From NCBI GenBank assembly GCA_000002445.1, contig CH464491.1, positions 1,440,001 through 1,504,000 on the forward strand: a DNA stretch of 64,000 nt, given 5' to 3'. Of this stretch, positions 49,851 to 60,256 are shown piece by piece. The DNA comes from Trypanosoma brucei (taxonomy: Eukaryota). Position 1 is the first letter of the stretch, and each line of letters starts with the position of its first letter. The position numbers and the translations under genes were made by a program. The notes below the pieces were generated by a model. The model made no database searches. It was not told where the DNA came from and saw only the letters and a list, made by a program, of their open reading frames with translations.

Positions 49851-51821
49851 ATGCCTCTCTGCTGTTGTAAAGATGAAAACAACAGTACTGTTGATAAGAT
49901 ACCGGACACCATTGAAACAGGTGAAGTGGTGCTGAAGCGTTGTGCCCCTCCGGTGCTTACGCGTGATGATTTTGTCGAGGTTCAAGTACATGTCAATGTG
50001 TATAGTCTTCTGAAGCGAAATGGCTGCTTTAAGAAAATAGGTATGGGAGTATTTCACTGCGGTATCGTTGTCTACGGAATCGAGTGGGGTTACGGTGAGT
50101 GTATGGATCCCAACACTGCATCAGGTCTTTTTTGCGTCTGTCCCGGTCATGCAGCTGGGTCGCTGTATCGCACTATATGTCTAGGCGTCACTACCCGCTC
50201 CCCAGAGCAGGTGGACACAATTCTTCACAGACTAGAGAATGAGTGGCGCAGTGCGGACTATCACATCCTTGCTCACAACTGCAACCACTTTGCACAACGT
50301 TTCTGCGACATGCTTTCTACTGTGCAAAAGTTACAGTTACCTGCATGGTGCAATCGTGCGGCACGTGTGTGCAACAAGGTCGTACCGCGACGACTAGCTT
50401 CATATATTCATCGTATGATGGACGAGCCCCCTCCTAAAGCGACACCTGCAGCACCGTCACGCGTAAGGGAACTTCCAACCTCGGTCATACCACCATTATG
50501 GTATAATTATTACTGTGTTTCGAAAAACCCACGGTACGTTACACTACAAAACACGGAGTCGGAGAGGCTGTTCTTCATGCGAGAGAACGGAGATACACCG
50601 CAAGACAAAAAACGATTTGGCGTACAACAGCCTCGTGTGCCTAAGACGAGGGCAGCCGTTCCCAAAATATCCATCGTGCGACGAGGTGGTGTCGGCGTAG
50701 CAGAATGGAGCACGCTTCGTGAAGGTAGTGCCCCACCACCAGCTCCCAAACGGCGTGGTACAAACGTTACGGACAGTCTTGCTATGAAAGATAAAAGTAA
50801 CGGAGTCTGCAACGGTGAGTCTTCTTCTGCTTCAGATAGTGAACCTTCAGGGGTTCTAGATAAACACTCGACGTCTGTAAGGGTTGTTGATTCCCTACGG
50901 TATATTCGTGGTGGAAGTGTGTCTGGTGCGAACACGGATCGTAGAGCGCCAAGTGGCTCGTCGAAGGAGACCCCAGGAGACCGAATCGATCCAGAAGAGA
51001 GCGATGATGAAGATGATGCATTGTATAGCTCCGAGGATGGGGCGACCATAAGGATAGAAAGAAAGCTCGAAACAGGAAGTTCTCGTACAGATACATCAAG
51101 TACACCAACGGATGAGCATCGCGCTTTCGAAGGGGGTGTTGTTCTCCCCAATGGCGTGTTAGCCTCAGACTTCTCATCTGCGGAGGCTTCTCTAAACGAT
51201 GCACGTGAGTGTAGGGAGGGCTTTAATGGAGCGGAGCAACTCATGAGAAGCAACGACACCGTCAGCCACGTGATTCATGTGCATCATGGTAAAATACTTA
51301 GGAGTGTCGACCAGAGTCAAACACGGGATTCTGCAGGTGAGACATCATTCGTTGACTCATCAAGAGGCGTTACAGCAATGAAGACGATTGCACCGTCACT
51401 GACAGTCACATCCACATCTCAAGCATATGGTTCAGGAGATCGTACACGCAACGAAATATCTCGGAGTAGTATTGGCATGCATGGCAGCAGTTGTGGTCTC
51501 GGAGACCTCTCGTTGCCATCAACCAGACGATGTGGAGAAGGCAGTGATTTACCTGATGGCGGGGTTGTAGGTTTTTCTTCTGCACCCGCGAGTCGGGCAA
51601 TGTGTAGTGATAGCGTGACAGTGGAGTTGCAGCATGAGGAGAATGGCGATTTGTATAGTGATCCTGGAGGTGGGAGGATTGCAGGGGTTGATAGCTCGCT
51701 ATTTCACACATCGGTATCGTCGACAAAAGGAGGTTCCCTCTCAAATAACTTACCAAATCCGCTCCTAGCACTAAATAAGAGACTTGGACCTCATATGAGA
51801 ACTTACTCTTCGCCATTCTAA
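49851..51821 (+). CDS. PPPDE/DeSI-type (peptidase C97) putative deubiquitinating/deSUMOylating peptidase with a long disordered C-terminal extension.
   Basis: The N-terminal ~170 aa (VQVHVNVYSL...GVFHCGIVVYGIEWGYGE...SGLFCVCPGHAAG...ADYHILAHNCNHFAQRFCDML) matches the PPPDE domain with its catalytic His (HCG/HS-x-VE) and Cys (HNCNHF) dyad. The remaining ~450 aa are Ser/Thr/Gly-rich low complexity. Confidence 0.8.
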   Translation: MPLCCCKDENNSTVDKIPDTIETGEVVLKRCAPPVLTRDDFVEVQVHVNVYSLLKRNGCFKKIGMGVFHCGIVVYGIEWGYGECMDPNTASGLFCVCPGHAAGSLYRTICLGVTTRSPEQVDTILHRLENEWRSADYHILAHNCNHFAQRFCDMLSTVQKLQLPAWCNRAARVCNKVVPRRLASYIHRMMDEPPPKATPAAPSRVRELPTSVIPPLWYNYYCVSKNPRYVTLQNTESERLFFMRENGDTPQDKKRFGVQQPRVPKTRAAVPKISIVRRGGVGVAEWSTLREGSAPPPAPKRRGTNVTDSLAMKDKSNGVCNGESSSASDSEPSGVLDKHSTSVRVVDSLRYIRGGSVSGANTDRRAPSGSSKETPGDRIDPEESDDEDDALYSSEDGATIRIERKLETGSSRTDTSSTPTDEHRAFEGGVVLPNGVLASDFSSAEASLNDARECREGFNGAEQLMRSNDTVSHVIHVHHGKILRSVDQSQTRDSAGETSFVDSSRGVTAMKTIAPSLTVTSTSQAYGSGDRTRNEISRSSIGMHGSSCGLGDLSLPSTRRCGEGSDLPDGGVVGFSSAPASRAMCSDSVTVELQHEENGDLYSDPGGGRIAGVDSSLFHTSVSSTKGGSLSNNLPNPLLALNKRLGPHMRTYSSPF

Positions 51822-51912
51822 TGGGGTACAGCAGCATTCTTCCTTTTCTTCCCATCCTTCTTTAGTCCTCCATGATGCATGTACCTTCTCGCTCCTGTTA
51901 TATGCTAAATTT

Positions 51913-51939
51913 CCCAACCCCCAACCCCCTACCCCCACC
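51913..51939 (-). other. Canonical G-quadruplex motif on the minus strand (a C-rich i-motif-type run on the plus strand).
   Basis: The plus strand reads CCC AA CCCCC AA CCCCC TA CCCCC A CC. The minus strand therefore has G-runs of 3, 5, 5 and 5 nt with 2-nt loops, which fits G3+N1-7 x4. It starts about 90 nt after the PPPDE gene stop codon. Confidence 0.6.
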
Positions 51940-52348
51940 TCCACACTCCTGTAGAGTATTGCTGTACTGCATGGAAAGCTTCCACTGCTGTGGTGTCCAC
52001 GGCAATTTTTTTTTGTTTTTGTTTTTTCTTTTCTCTCTTCCTATTGCTTGTGTTTCTTTTCACACGATTGGGTATGATTATTGTGTTTTGTATCGGCTCC
52101 GTTGATATCACATCTCTCAGTAGGTATTATATCCACGTTGAGTAGGTCTGGAATGTGGGGCAGAGATGATTTGTTGCGACTGATATTCGTCGAGGGAAGA
52201 TGGAGGGAAAGGTTGGAAAAAAAAATGTGTAATAAATATGTGTTTCTGTGCGTAATTTAGATGAGTATTGAATGTTAGTCGTTTATTCTGTGCGCTGGTT
52301 TGCCTTCTGTAGTGAATCCGTTTCTTTTACATTTTTCGTGTAAATAAA

Positions 52349-52363
52349 TATATATATATATAT
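52349..52363. repeat. Short (TA)7 microsatellite.
   Basis: tatatatatatatat in the long ORF-free interval. Confidence 0.85.
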
Positions 52364-54016
52364 TTGTATACACGTGGGTTAGTTATTTTGCCTTATTGTT
52401 GGCGGATGGCTGCAGTAGTGTGATCCGAAAGGAGATTGAGGAAACAAGACACTCACCAAAACCTCGTCCTTTTCACCATACAAGGATAAAAACATTTTTT
52501 TTTTTACCAACGTGCTTGCATGAACAAACAGCAGAAAAAAAAAAAGATGTATTTGTCGATTTCGTGTGCATGTTGATGCGTGCTTCTTTATGTAACGCAG
52601 AAAAATTTCCATCGTTGAGGTACTTGTATGGTTTCTGAATTTTCTTTAAAGATGTGGGGGTTTGTTTAATCGCCAATGGGGGAGCAATTATTCCTTACCA
52701 TGCCGCACGGCTCCATTTTTTTCTTTTTCTCACCGCTATCATGCCTCATTTTGTGACCTTCTTTTGATTTCTTTTTTGTTGTTGCTGTTCTTCTTTGAAC
52801 CACTTGCCGAGAGAAAAAAAAATGAAGTGTAACTCTATAATGAAGCCTTCCCCCCACACACTTTTTTTGAAGGGGGTTGAAAGAAGGGAGGGTGGGAGTC
52901 GGAGGAGAGTACATTTGGGAACGAAGATCAGGAGTTTGGAAAGATTTACCTTTAAATGAGATGTCTTTGGGCGTGAAGCGTGTAATTATACCTGTTTAGA
53001 AATAAATATGAGTCAGTATGTGTGCCGCTGCGTATTCATTATGTTCTTTCCTTATTCATGAGTCTGCCAAAGCTGGAGAGAGGGCTAAAGTATAATAGAG
53101 CAAAATAAATGAGTAGAGAAGAAAGCAATCAATAATGGCAAATGGTTAGTAATTTATGCAGACAGAGACACACAAACAGCAAATGTACTTTCATACCCCT
53201 GTGGCACTGCTTGAGATTCAACGTTTCGCTTGAGATTTAGCCAACTTTTGATGTTTGTTTGTTTGTTTGGTTGGTTGATTGTTCTTTTCCCTTTTTTTTC
53301 TTATTTTTCCCGTTGTAAAGCCTTTGGGTTTGGCCGCGTTTAATACGCGGGGCATAGTCAAGGGGAGGCTCTTTTTTTGTCTGTGCAATGCGTTTGTGTG
53401 TGTTTGTGTGTGGAAGTGTGTGGAAGTGTAGCGCAATGAGATTCTCAATGCCTTTTATGAGAATGGATAGGCGGCCGTTTCCAAATATCCTCGTCGTCCA
53501 GCCCCCAGTTATGAGTTCCCATGTATTGGAAGTAACTCTTAATTTCTTTTTGTTATCACTGTTTTTTTCTTTTTCTTTTTCTTTTTTTGTGATGGGGAAA
53601 GTGCAGCTGCAAAACAAGGAGAAAAGAAATAAGAGATATTGTTTGTTGATAGCGGGGGGGGGGGGAAAGAAAGTGGAATTACGGGTATTTTTTTCCACTG
53701 TTTCTTACTGTGGAAGAAGAGGTTAGATGGAGGAAGGATGAGTTGAAGATGCCGTCAGAGGGAATGTACGTTTTTGATATATAAATAATGAGGTATTACA
53801 AATGCCTGTGAGCCTCTTTGAAATGACTTATTATTCCCTCTTGGATCCCAAGCATTGTGAATGTTTTTTTTTTTTAATTTGCAGTTGCACGTCTCCAATT
53901 TTTTCGATGCGTCGCCGCAGCTTGCACCGTCTTTTTTTTTTCTGATGTTTTAACCGCAAAACCTTTTTGTCTTTTTTAGCGTTAGCTATACACAACTGCC
54001 TGCGAAGTCAGTCCCC

Positions 54017-56329
54017 ATGAGTTGGCTTCAGGCTCTCGGAAATCTTCAAAGACGAGTTATAGTTTTGGACCGGGGGCGCACCCCGCTTCCCACAGCTGCT
54101 GTTTACAATCGTGTCATGACTCCCAGCAACAGCAGGAGATTAAACTTGGCGGAGCATCCATCAGCTTCTGCCACCGACGAATTCGTTGAACCCTCGACAG
54201 CAGCGCTCCGTTGCACCAGTGATACATGGCAAGGGGCACTTGATGTTGTACATTTTTCTCAGTCAAATCTCCAAGAAGATGTGAATTCAACCATGCAGCG
54301 CTTCCCGCCCTTATTGGCAGCTCAATGTATTGCCATACTTCTAGAGGCAGGGAAGAGTGACCAAGCACTGGAACTTCTTAGAACGTGGGAGATGAACCAA
54401 GGAGAATGCACGGTACGTTTAGCGGTGTTTAAACCACATGTAAAGCTCAGTGTCACACGGCGTTTACGTAAAGCTATCAAGACGTTAGGCATCATTGGAG
54501 ATGTGGAAACTCTACGGGCATTAATTGCGGTTCTTCATCAATCTTTACTGGAGTGGCGAGACAACAGACGATATTTCGCTTTATCCCAATCCTCGTCGTC
54601 AAGTATGTCACCTTCGCGGTTTGCAGGAAGCGGCCTAACACAGCGAGAGGGAAGAAGCAGTGGTTTTCTTTCACATTTAGGACGCCAGCGCATGAGGGTG
54701 CTACTCGTGGATGCCACTCATGAACTTGTCAGGCAAGATGAGAGTCTCGTCTCCGTGAGTGAAAAACTTACGTGGATCAATGAGACAACGTTGGTGGTGC
54801 AAGTGCCATGCACTCAGGTACCGTGTGTCATTCCCTATAAATTGCAGGATGACTTTAGGAAGCACATCGAGTGTAGTTCTTCATATAATGAGAATGCTTT
54901 GCGGTTAGTAGGACCAACGTTTGCGGAAGGTTTTGTGAGCCCTGCACAATCTAATCTGATAAGTCTGCTATGTACCCCACGAAGCGAAGTGCGGTGGGTA
55001 CGTGACAACTGCTCTGTTGGAAAATTTGGTGAGTTGTGGGGAGCGGTGAAGGACCTTGTGTTGCCTCATTCTGAACTCATAAACAACTATGTTTTGGTTG
55101 AGTCCCTAATGAATGCCATGCTTAGTCCCGTTGGAGCCAAAAAATCTTGGCGCCGTTGTCACAGGAGGCTTCGGAAGCTTCTTCCAACGGAGCGGAAGTT
55201 GCGCAGCTTCATATGGAGTCAGTTGAATTCAACACGATCTTCTCAGCGGCGTTTGTGGAGTCATACCTTGCTGCGCCACCCCAGGTTGATGTGCAAGTTA
55301 GATATGTCGCCGCTGGTGATATTTAGCGTCTTTGCTCTGACTTTCCGCAGTAGGTCCACTCATCTCCCGTTCCTTCGCTGTTGTCTCCTGTCGATGCAGC
55401 GCATGCGTCGTATAGGTCGTGAAGAAGAAGCTGCGCGACTTGTGTGGAACCACGTTTCCCATTGTAGTAGCGCACTGCTCCGTCAATGCATCCGTCGTCC
55501 AAACCTACTTGAGGAAGTTACAGTGGCTTTGTGTCGCACAATGCACCGCGGCATATCGGGTCGTAAAGATTCGTGGATGGGTCATCGATCGCTCGCGGTA
55601 CTTCGCTCCGGCGCGGCTCTACGTCAGTTCACACCTGCGCTTTGCATTCCTCTTTGCGCGGCAGCACTGGACTGCGGGGTGCATTTCGCCACCGTTCAAC
55701 AACATGTTGCGGAGATCTATCGGTGGGACGAGCGCACTGAACGGTGGGTTCTCAACATGGTGCGACTCATAGCTGACTGTCACAGTGCTCTCATGCGTGT
55801 TCCCCTTAATTGCTCACTGCACTCTTCATACATGCGGGGGTTGGTGCAGAGAGTTGCGTATGAGCTTCCAACGCTTAGTTCCACCTGCTCTATTGAAGTT
55901 CAAGTGCCCTCCCGCAATAAATTACTGGCTCTTTGGACTATAGTTAACGACGATGTTGCAAATGGCAGATTGCGGCAACTAACTTGTCAGCTGTTTCTAG
56001 ACCCGGTGGCACGAAGCGCCTTCAAAGAGATGCGATTGGCGGATGAGGTGGATAACTGTAATTCTGGCACTGATGGAGGTGGTGGAAGCAAATGTAGGGT
56101 GCCTCGGAGCACCTTAAAAGGTTTACTAAATGAAGAAGTTTTTGTTTCTGTTGCCGTTAACTGTACCACAGAGCATGCTTTTGCAATTTTCATGAATGCA
56201 TTCCTTTCGACACGTCAAGCTCGCGACAAATTGAGATACATGCACTTGGTGCTGAGTGAGATGCCCTTCGAGTCGACCGATATTTGTCCGCGTTGCACCA
56301 CTGAAACCGGGAATTGTGAAGTTTCATGA
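54017..56329 (+). CDS. Hypothetical protein (770 aa) with an Arg-rich N-terminus (possible mitochondrial presequence) and a helical-repeat body.
   Basis: The N-terminus MSWLQALGNLQRRVIVLDRGRTPLPTAAVYNRVMTPSNSRRLNL is basic and hydroxylated with no acidic residues. Repeated helix-turn-helix-like stretches (LAAQCIAILLEAGKSDQALELLRTWEMNQ...) could be PPR/TPR-like. No catalytic motif found. Confidence 0.55.
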   Translation: MSWLQALGNLQRRVIVLDRGRTPLPTAAVYNRVMTPSNSRRLNLAEHPSASATDEFVEPSTAALRCTSDTWQGALDVVHFSQSNLQEDVNSTMQRFPPLLAAQCIAILLEAGKSDQALELLRTWEMNQGECTVRLAVFKPHVKLSVTRRLRKAIKTLGIIGDVETLRALIAVLHQSLLEWRDNRRYFALSQSSSSSMSPSRFAGSGLTQREGRSSGFLSHLGRQRMRVLLVDATHELVRQDESLVSVSEKLTWINETTLVVQVPCTQVPCVIPYKLQDDFRKHIECSSSYNENALRLVGPTFAEGFVSPAQSNLISLLCTPRSEVRWVRDNCSVGKFGELWGAVKDLVLPHSELINNYVLVESLMNAMLSPVGAKKSWRRCHRRLRKLLPTERKLRSFIWSQLNSTRSSQRRLWSHTLLRHPRLMCKLDMSPLVIFSVFALTFRSRSTHLPFLRCCLLSMQRMRRIGREEEAARLVWNHVSHCSSALLRQCIRRPNLLEEVTVALCRTMHRGISGRKDSWMGHRSLAVLRSGAALRQFTPALCIPLCAAALDCGVHFATVQQHVAEIYRWDERTERWVLNMVRLIADCHSALMRVPLNCSLHSSYMRGLVQRVAYELPTLSSTCSIEVQVPSRNKLLALWTIVNDDVANGRLRQLTCQLFLDPVARSAFKEMRLADEVDNCNSGTDGGGGSKCRVPRSTLKGLLNEEVFVSVAVNCTTEHAFAIFMNAFLSTRQARDKLRYMHLVLSEMPFESTDICPRCTTETGNCEVS

Positions 56330-56758
56330 AGTAGTGAAGCCTACTGTAGCAACTGTTGCAAACAATAGCGATGGGTAGACGTTTCTGAAACTTTGTCTGA
56401 TGTTTTGCGAAACATTATATTATTATTTTTTTTTTTTAAATGGTGCCTGCGCCGCTGCACATCATCAACTGTAACGTTCGTTGTCTGTTTTTGAGTGAAA
56501 AGTATTCCTACGTTTACTTGTTTATTTTTTTAAAAATTTTCTCCGTTCCCTTTTCCTTATTACAGGAGGTTGCTCTGCCACGAGTGCGCAGCAGTGGCAC
56601 TCCGTCCACTTTGTCGTTGTGTTTAGTTTGGCGAAGTGATGAGATACTCTAACGAGTAATTCTTTTGGTATGCGGGAATTTAAAAAAAAATTACCCGCTT
56701 GTTTGTGCGATATCGATTCCTCCACTCGTGTTTCCCAACTAACTTGGTCACACGAACG

Positions 56759-56784
56759 ATATATATATATATATATATATATAT
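56759..56784. repeat. (AT)13 microsatellite.
   Basis: A pure atatat... run of 26 nt in the intergenic region upstream of the kinase gene. Confidence 0.95.
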
Positions 56785-57163
56785 GTCGTATTTGATTTAA
56801 TCCTCAACATTCTTCTTCCACTTGTATTTGTCATCACAAGGGAGGGAGAAGTGCAGTATCTTTTCCCTCTGCAGGGATACCTTCCCATAAACATACGGAT
56901 ATATAAATATATTTGTTTCACATATACATAAGGACGTAGTAGAGGTAGAAGAAGGTTCACAAGCACACCCACTTAACCAGAAAACCCGCCTACAGTTTTC
57001 CATCCCTGTGAGCAACGGTTTAGACATTTTTATTATAAGAAACTGGAGGAAAATATAAAACGGGAAGAGGGGTGAACAAAAGGAGGTGGTGAAGGGAGAA
57101 TAGATATAGTTTGCAAAAGTAGAGAGTGAAAGTGCCCGTTTAACAGTTGAAGGTAAGAGAATC

Positions 57164-59185
57164 ATGAGGGTGATGAGACACCTCTCAAAAGAGGTTGAGA
57201 CAGAGTTCAATTATGAGATTAGTAAAGTGAAGCTTGGTTCTGGTAGTAGTGGTGTGGTGTTTCTCGCACGGCACCGCGTAACTCATGAACTCGCCGCCGT
57301 GAAACGTCTTTACATGCGTGGAGCCCCCGAGTGTATGAAGATCTCGCAGCAACATAACAGCCAGTCTGATAACACCAATGACGCACATATTGGAGGAAAC
57401 ACTTTGGCACCAGCATCACCCGCCAAGAGTAGTTCGCACAGGATGCAGACAAGCGATAAGAACAGTAACCCTGTTAGCGGCAACCGTTCAAATGAGCTTT
57501 GTGAAGAAAAAATTTTTTCTCACTACACAAGTATGAAGCGTGAACGAGCACTTTCCGAAGACACTTCACCTCCTGCAGCCATTTGTCCTCCGTGGTTACC
57601 GTGTGAATACGCTAGCATGAAGTATCTTGGCCCCCATCCGCATATCGTTCGGTTCCTGGGAAATTGTGCGGATGTAAACGGGGTTTCGTACTTTGCCATG
57701 GAACTCATGGATAGTGATCTCGGGAAGGAACTGCGTGCTGGAAACGCAAGTTTTATGGAGGAGGAGGCCATCAGACCACTGCTTTATTGCGTAAGTTCTG
57801 CCATTGTTCATCTCCACGAGCGAGGCGTTGCACATCGGGATATTAAACCAAGTAATGTTCTTCTTAAGTTTGTTGGGGATATGTGTCCCACAGAGGAGGA
57901 GCACGGGATGCCTAACGGAGGCGACAAGGCCTTTCCATCGTCGGACGAGACAAAAGATGTTGGTTCTCTCCGAACAAAACATGTAAAAGCGTCGTTGGGT
58001 GACTTTAGTACAGCTCATTTTGCAAGCCAAAGCGAGAGTGTCGGTGGATTCTGCGGCACACTTTACTACAAGTCCCCGGAGCAGCTGCTTGGTCAGGCTA
58101 AAGACTTTCTCGCATGCGACATGTGGGCCCTCGGTTGCACAATGTTTGAAATGATAACAGGATCGGTTGCTTTCCGAGGATCAAATGATTTGCAGGTTTT
58201 TCACCAGATTTGCTCACAACTCGGTACGGACTTTCAGCAGTACCCGAAGAATACACATGAACAAACCATGTTTGACGGAATTTCTGGTGTGTCTACGGAG
58301 TTCATTGACTTGCTTAAGGGACTTCTTGCACTAGATCCGTGTGAACGCTTGAGAGCGGAGGAAGTTCTGAGGCATCCTTTTTTTCGTTCCATTCATCAGG
58401 GATGTGGAACCCAAGAAACCGCAGCGGAGTTGACTTTTCCTATGAAAATTTATTGTGCAGTGCCTCCAGGGGTGGTTCGGTTGGCGAGATTCAAACCTAT
58501 TATTTGTGCACACACCACACGTTCTGGAACGACGAAAGTTAGTGGTTCTACGGAAACTAAATTTGGTATGAGTCAGTCGGATAGTCAAGCTTCGAGAACT
58601 CTGCATGGAAGCGATGTGTGGCCGTCGCTTATCAGCGGCATGCCGAGCCCTCTCCAACGATCCGCTTTGCAACCTTCCAGCGATGGCAATGAAGGTCCTC
58701 TCCGTCGTTTTACGTCAACCCTCAGCTGTGGGAAAAAATATTCAGTCACCCGGCGTCTCTCCGTTTCTTCGTCCGTTACTATGATGAGCAATGGGGCTGT
58801 ACAAAAACCGGATGACTTTACAGGTATTTCCGACATCAGTGCATCACTTGCGGCGTTGAATTTTAGTCCAATTCCTTCAGTCGCAAAGTGTTGTGGCGCT
58901 ACTTCTGCGGAGCGAAGCTTCTCCCCTCTCGGCACACATGTGTCAGCGCCAGGTTCATGTCATCCGGCGCCAATTCCACTAAAATCATCGCATAGTTTTG
59001 CTACAAAGAGCCGTCACCCAGAGCATCAACACGACTCAACGTTTGCTAGTAATGGCTATCCGCCGCCACGGCGTGTGTTATTTGACAGTGATACCACTGA
59101 TGGTAATGATGTAGATGAAAGCGTGAACTTAATGCTTCACAACAGTGGAGACTCCCCAAAAGTTCGCAAGGTGCTGTTTGAGTGA
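57164..59185 (+). CDS. Serine/threonine protein kinase (CMGC-like catalytic core) with a large insert between subdomains II and III and a non-catalytic C-terminal half.
   Basis: Gly loop LGSGSSGVVF. VAIK-type lysine (LAAVKRL). HRDIKPSNVLL catalytic loop. DFG replaced by DFS (LGDFSTAHF). YYKSPEQLL (the APE region). DMWALGCTMFEM (subdomain IX). Roughly 90 aa of low-complexity insert after the AVK lysine. About 270 aa of Ser-rich C-terminus. Confidence 0.85.
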   Translation: MRVMRHLSKEVETEFNYEISKVKLGSGSSGVVFLARHRVTHELAAVKRLYMRGAPECMKISQQHNSQSDNTNDAHIGGNTLAPASPAKSSSHRMQTSDKNSNPVSGNRSNELCEEKIFSHYTSMKRERALSEDTSPPAAICPPWLPCEYASMKYLGPHPHIVRFLGNCADVNGVSYFAMELMDSDLGKELRAGNASFMEEEAIRPLLYCVSSAIVHLHERGVAHRDIKPSNVLLKFVGDMCPTEEEHGMPNGGDKAFPSSDETKDVGSLRTKHVKASLGDFSTAHFASQSESVGGFCGTLYYKSPEQLLGQAKDFLACDMWALGCTMFEMITGSVAFRGSNDLQVFHQICSQLGTDFQQYPKNTHEQTMFDGISGVSTEFIDLLKGLLALDPCERLRAEEVLRHPFFRSIHQGCGTQETAAELTFPMKIYCAVPPGVVRLARFKPIICAHTTRSGTTKVSGSTETKFGMSQSDSQASRTLHGSDVWPSLISGMPSPLQRSALQPSSDGNEGPLRRFTSTLSCGKKYSVTRRLSVSSSVTMMSNGAVQKPDDFTGISDISASLAALNFSPIPSVAKCCGATSAERSFSPLGTHVSAPGSCHPAPIPLKSSHSFATKSRHPEHQHDSTFASNGYPPPRRVLFDSDTTDGNDVDESVNLMLHNSGDSPKVRKVLFE

Positions 59186-60256
59186 CCGGTGTCCTCGTCA
59201 TCGTACCCCCCTTATCTGTGTATTTTCGCATGGCCATTACTTGGCATAATTTTGGTGCGATGTTTTCGGTGAAGCCGGCGGTGACGGTAAGTGGAATTTC
59301 CATGGAAATTAGGAAGGCACTGAATACGTATGCTCTCTTTTCTTTTCTTTACTTCAGTGGTTTAGCGGCACTTTGATAGATTCTTTCTTTAATTTTCCTT
59401 TTTACATTTCTTTTTTTTTACATAAAAAAAATGAATCATCAGATTGATACCGCCTCACTACGTGGTCATTCGTAACGTCCAGTAGAAAATTTTTCTTTTA
59501 TTCTTTTTTTGTGCACACAAGAGGAGCGGCCTTTACTTTTGTAGCGCGCATACAAGCCCGAGCTTGTACTGCATCTGCGTCTAACTTTAAAGTGAACTTG
59601 CGGTGTCACAAACCCACTATTAATAGGATCATATTTTCTATAATATCAACACAAACGGTAACACACGTGCAGAGAAATGGTTGCTGGAGGTGTGAAATTC
59701 ACGAAAGGATAATATGTTCCTCTAAGTGATGCCGATACCACTTAGAACCCATACCACCCTTTTAATAGATAGAAATTCCTTTCTTTTTTTTTTACTTTTT
59801 TACTTTTTTTCAGATTTTGCTTTTCTTCTTTCTTCCATGTTCATCAAAATAAATAAATAAACAAGATAATATATTCCCATCAAGAGTTTTGCTGCTGCTG
59901 TTTCTCATTCCTGTTGTCACGTGCGCCAACTCTCATATTCTCTTTATATGTCTCTTTTAAATCTTATATATATATATACGTGCATATGTATTGTTACATA
60001 TTTCGAAGTCTATTACGCGGGAGAAAGGATAAAAAATTGGGAAAGAAAAAGGGCTACTGGTAAGCACGGGGCGGGAGATAGATTTGTCCTGATACATTGT
60101 CTACATTCGTATCAAGTAATATTTGTTGGCGGGAAACCTCAAATAAAGTAAAAAGCAAATAAAAAGCGATATAGTAGGAAGAGTGATACGAGTTCGATAA
60201 CACAAACAGGGTGAGCGAGGGGAAAACGTAGGGGATCAGGTCAAGTCAGTGGAAGC

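Noticed and set aside
50510-51259. 249-aa minus-strand ORF inside the PPPDE gene. Other minus-strand ORFs include 26099-26578, 27818-28249, 24134-24457 and 2314-2643.
   Set aside because: All supported genes are on the + strand of a single polycistronic unit. These ORFs overlap well-supported + strand CDSs, have low-complexity translations and show no upstream polypyrimidine/AG signal on their own strand.
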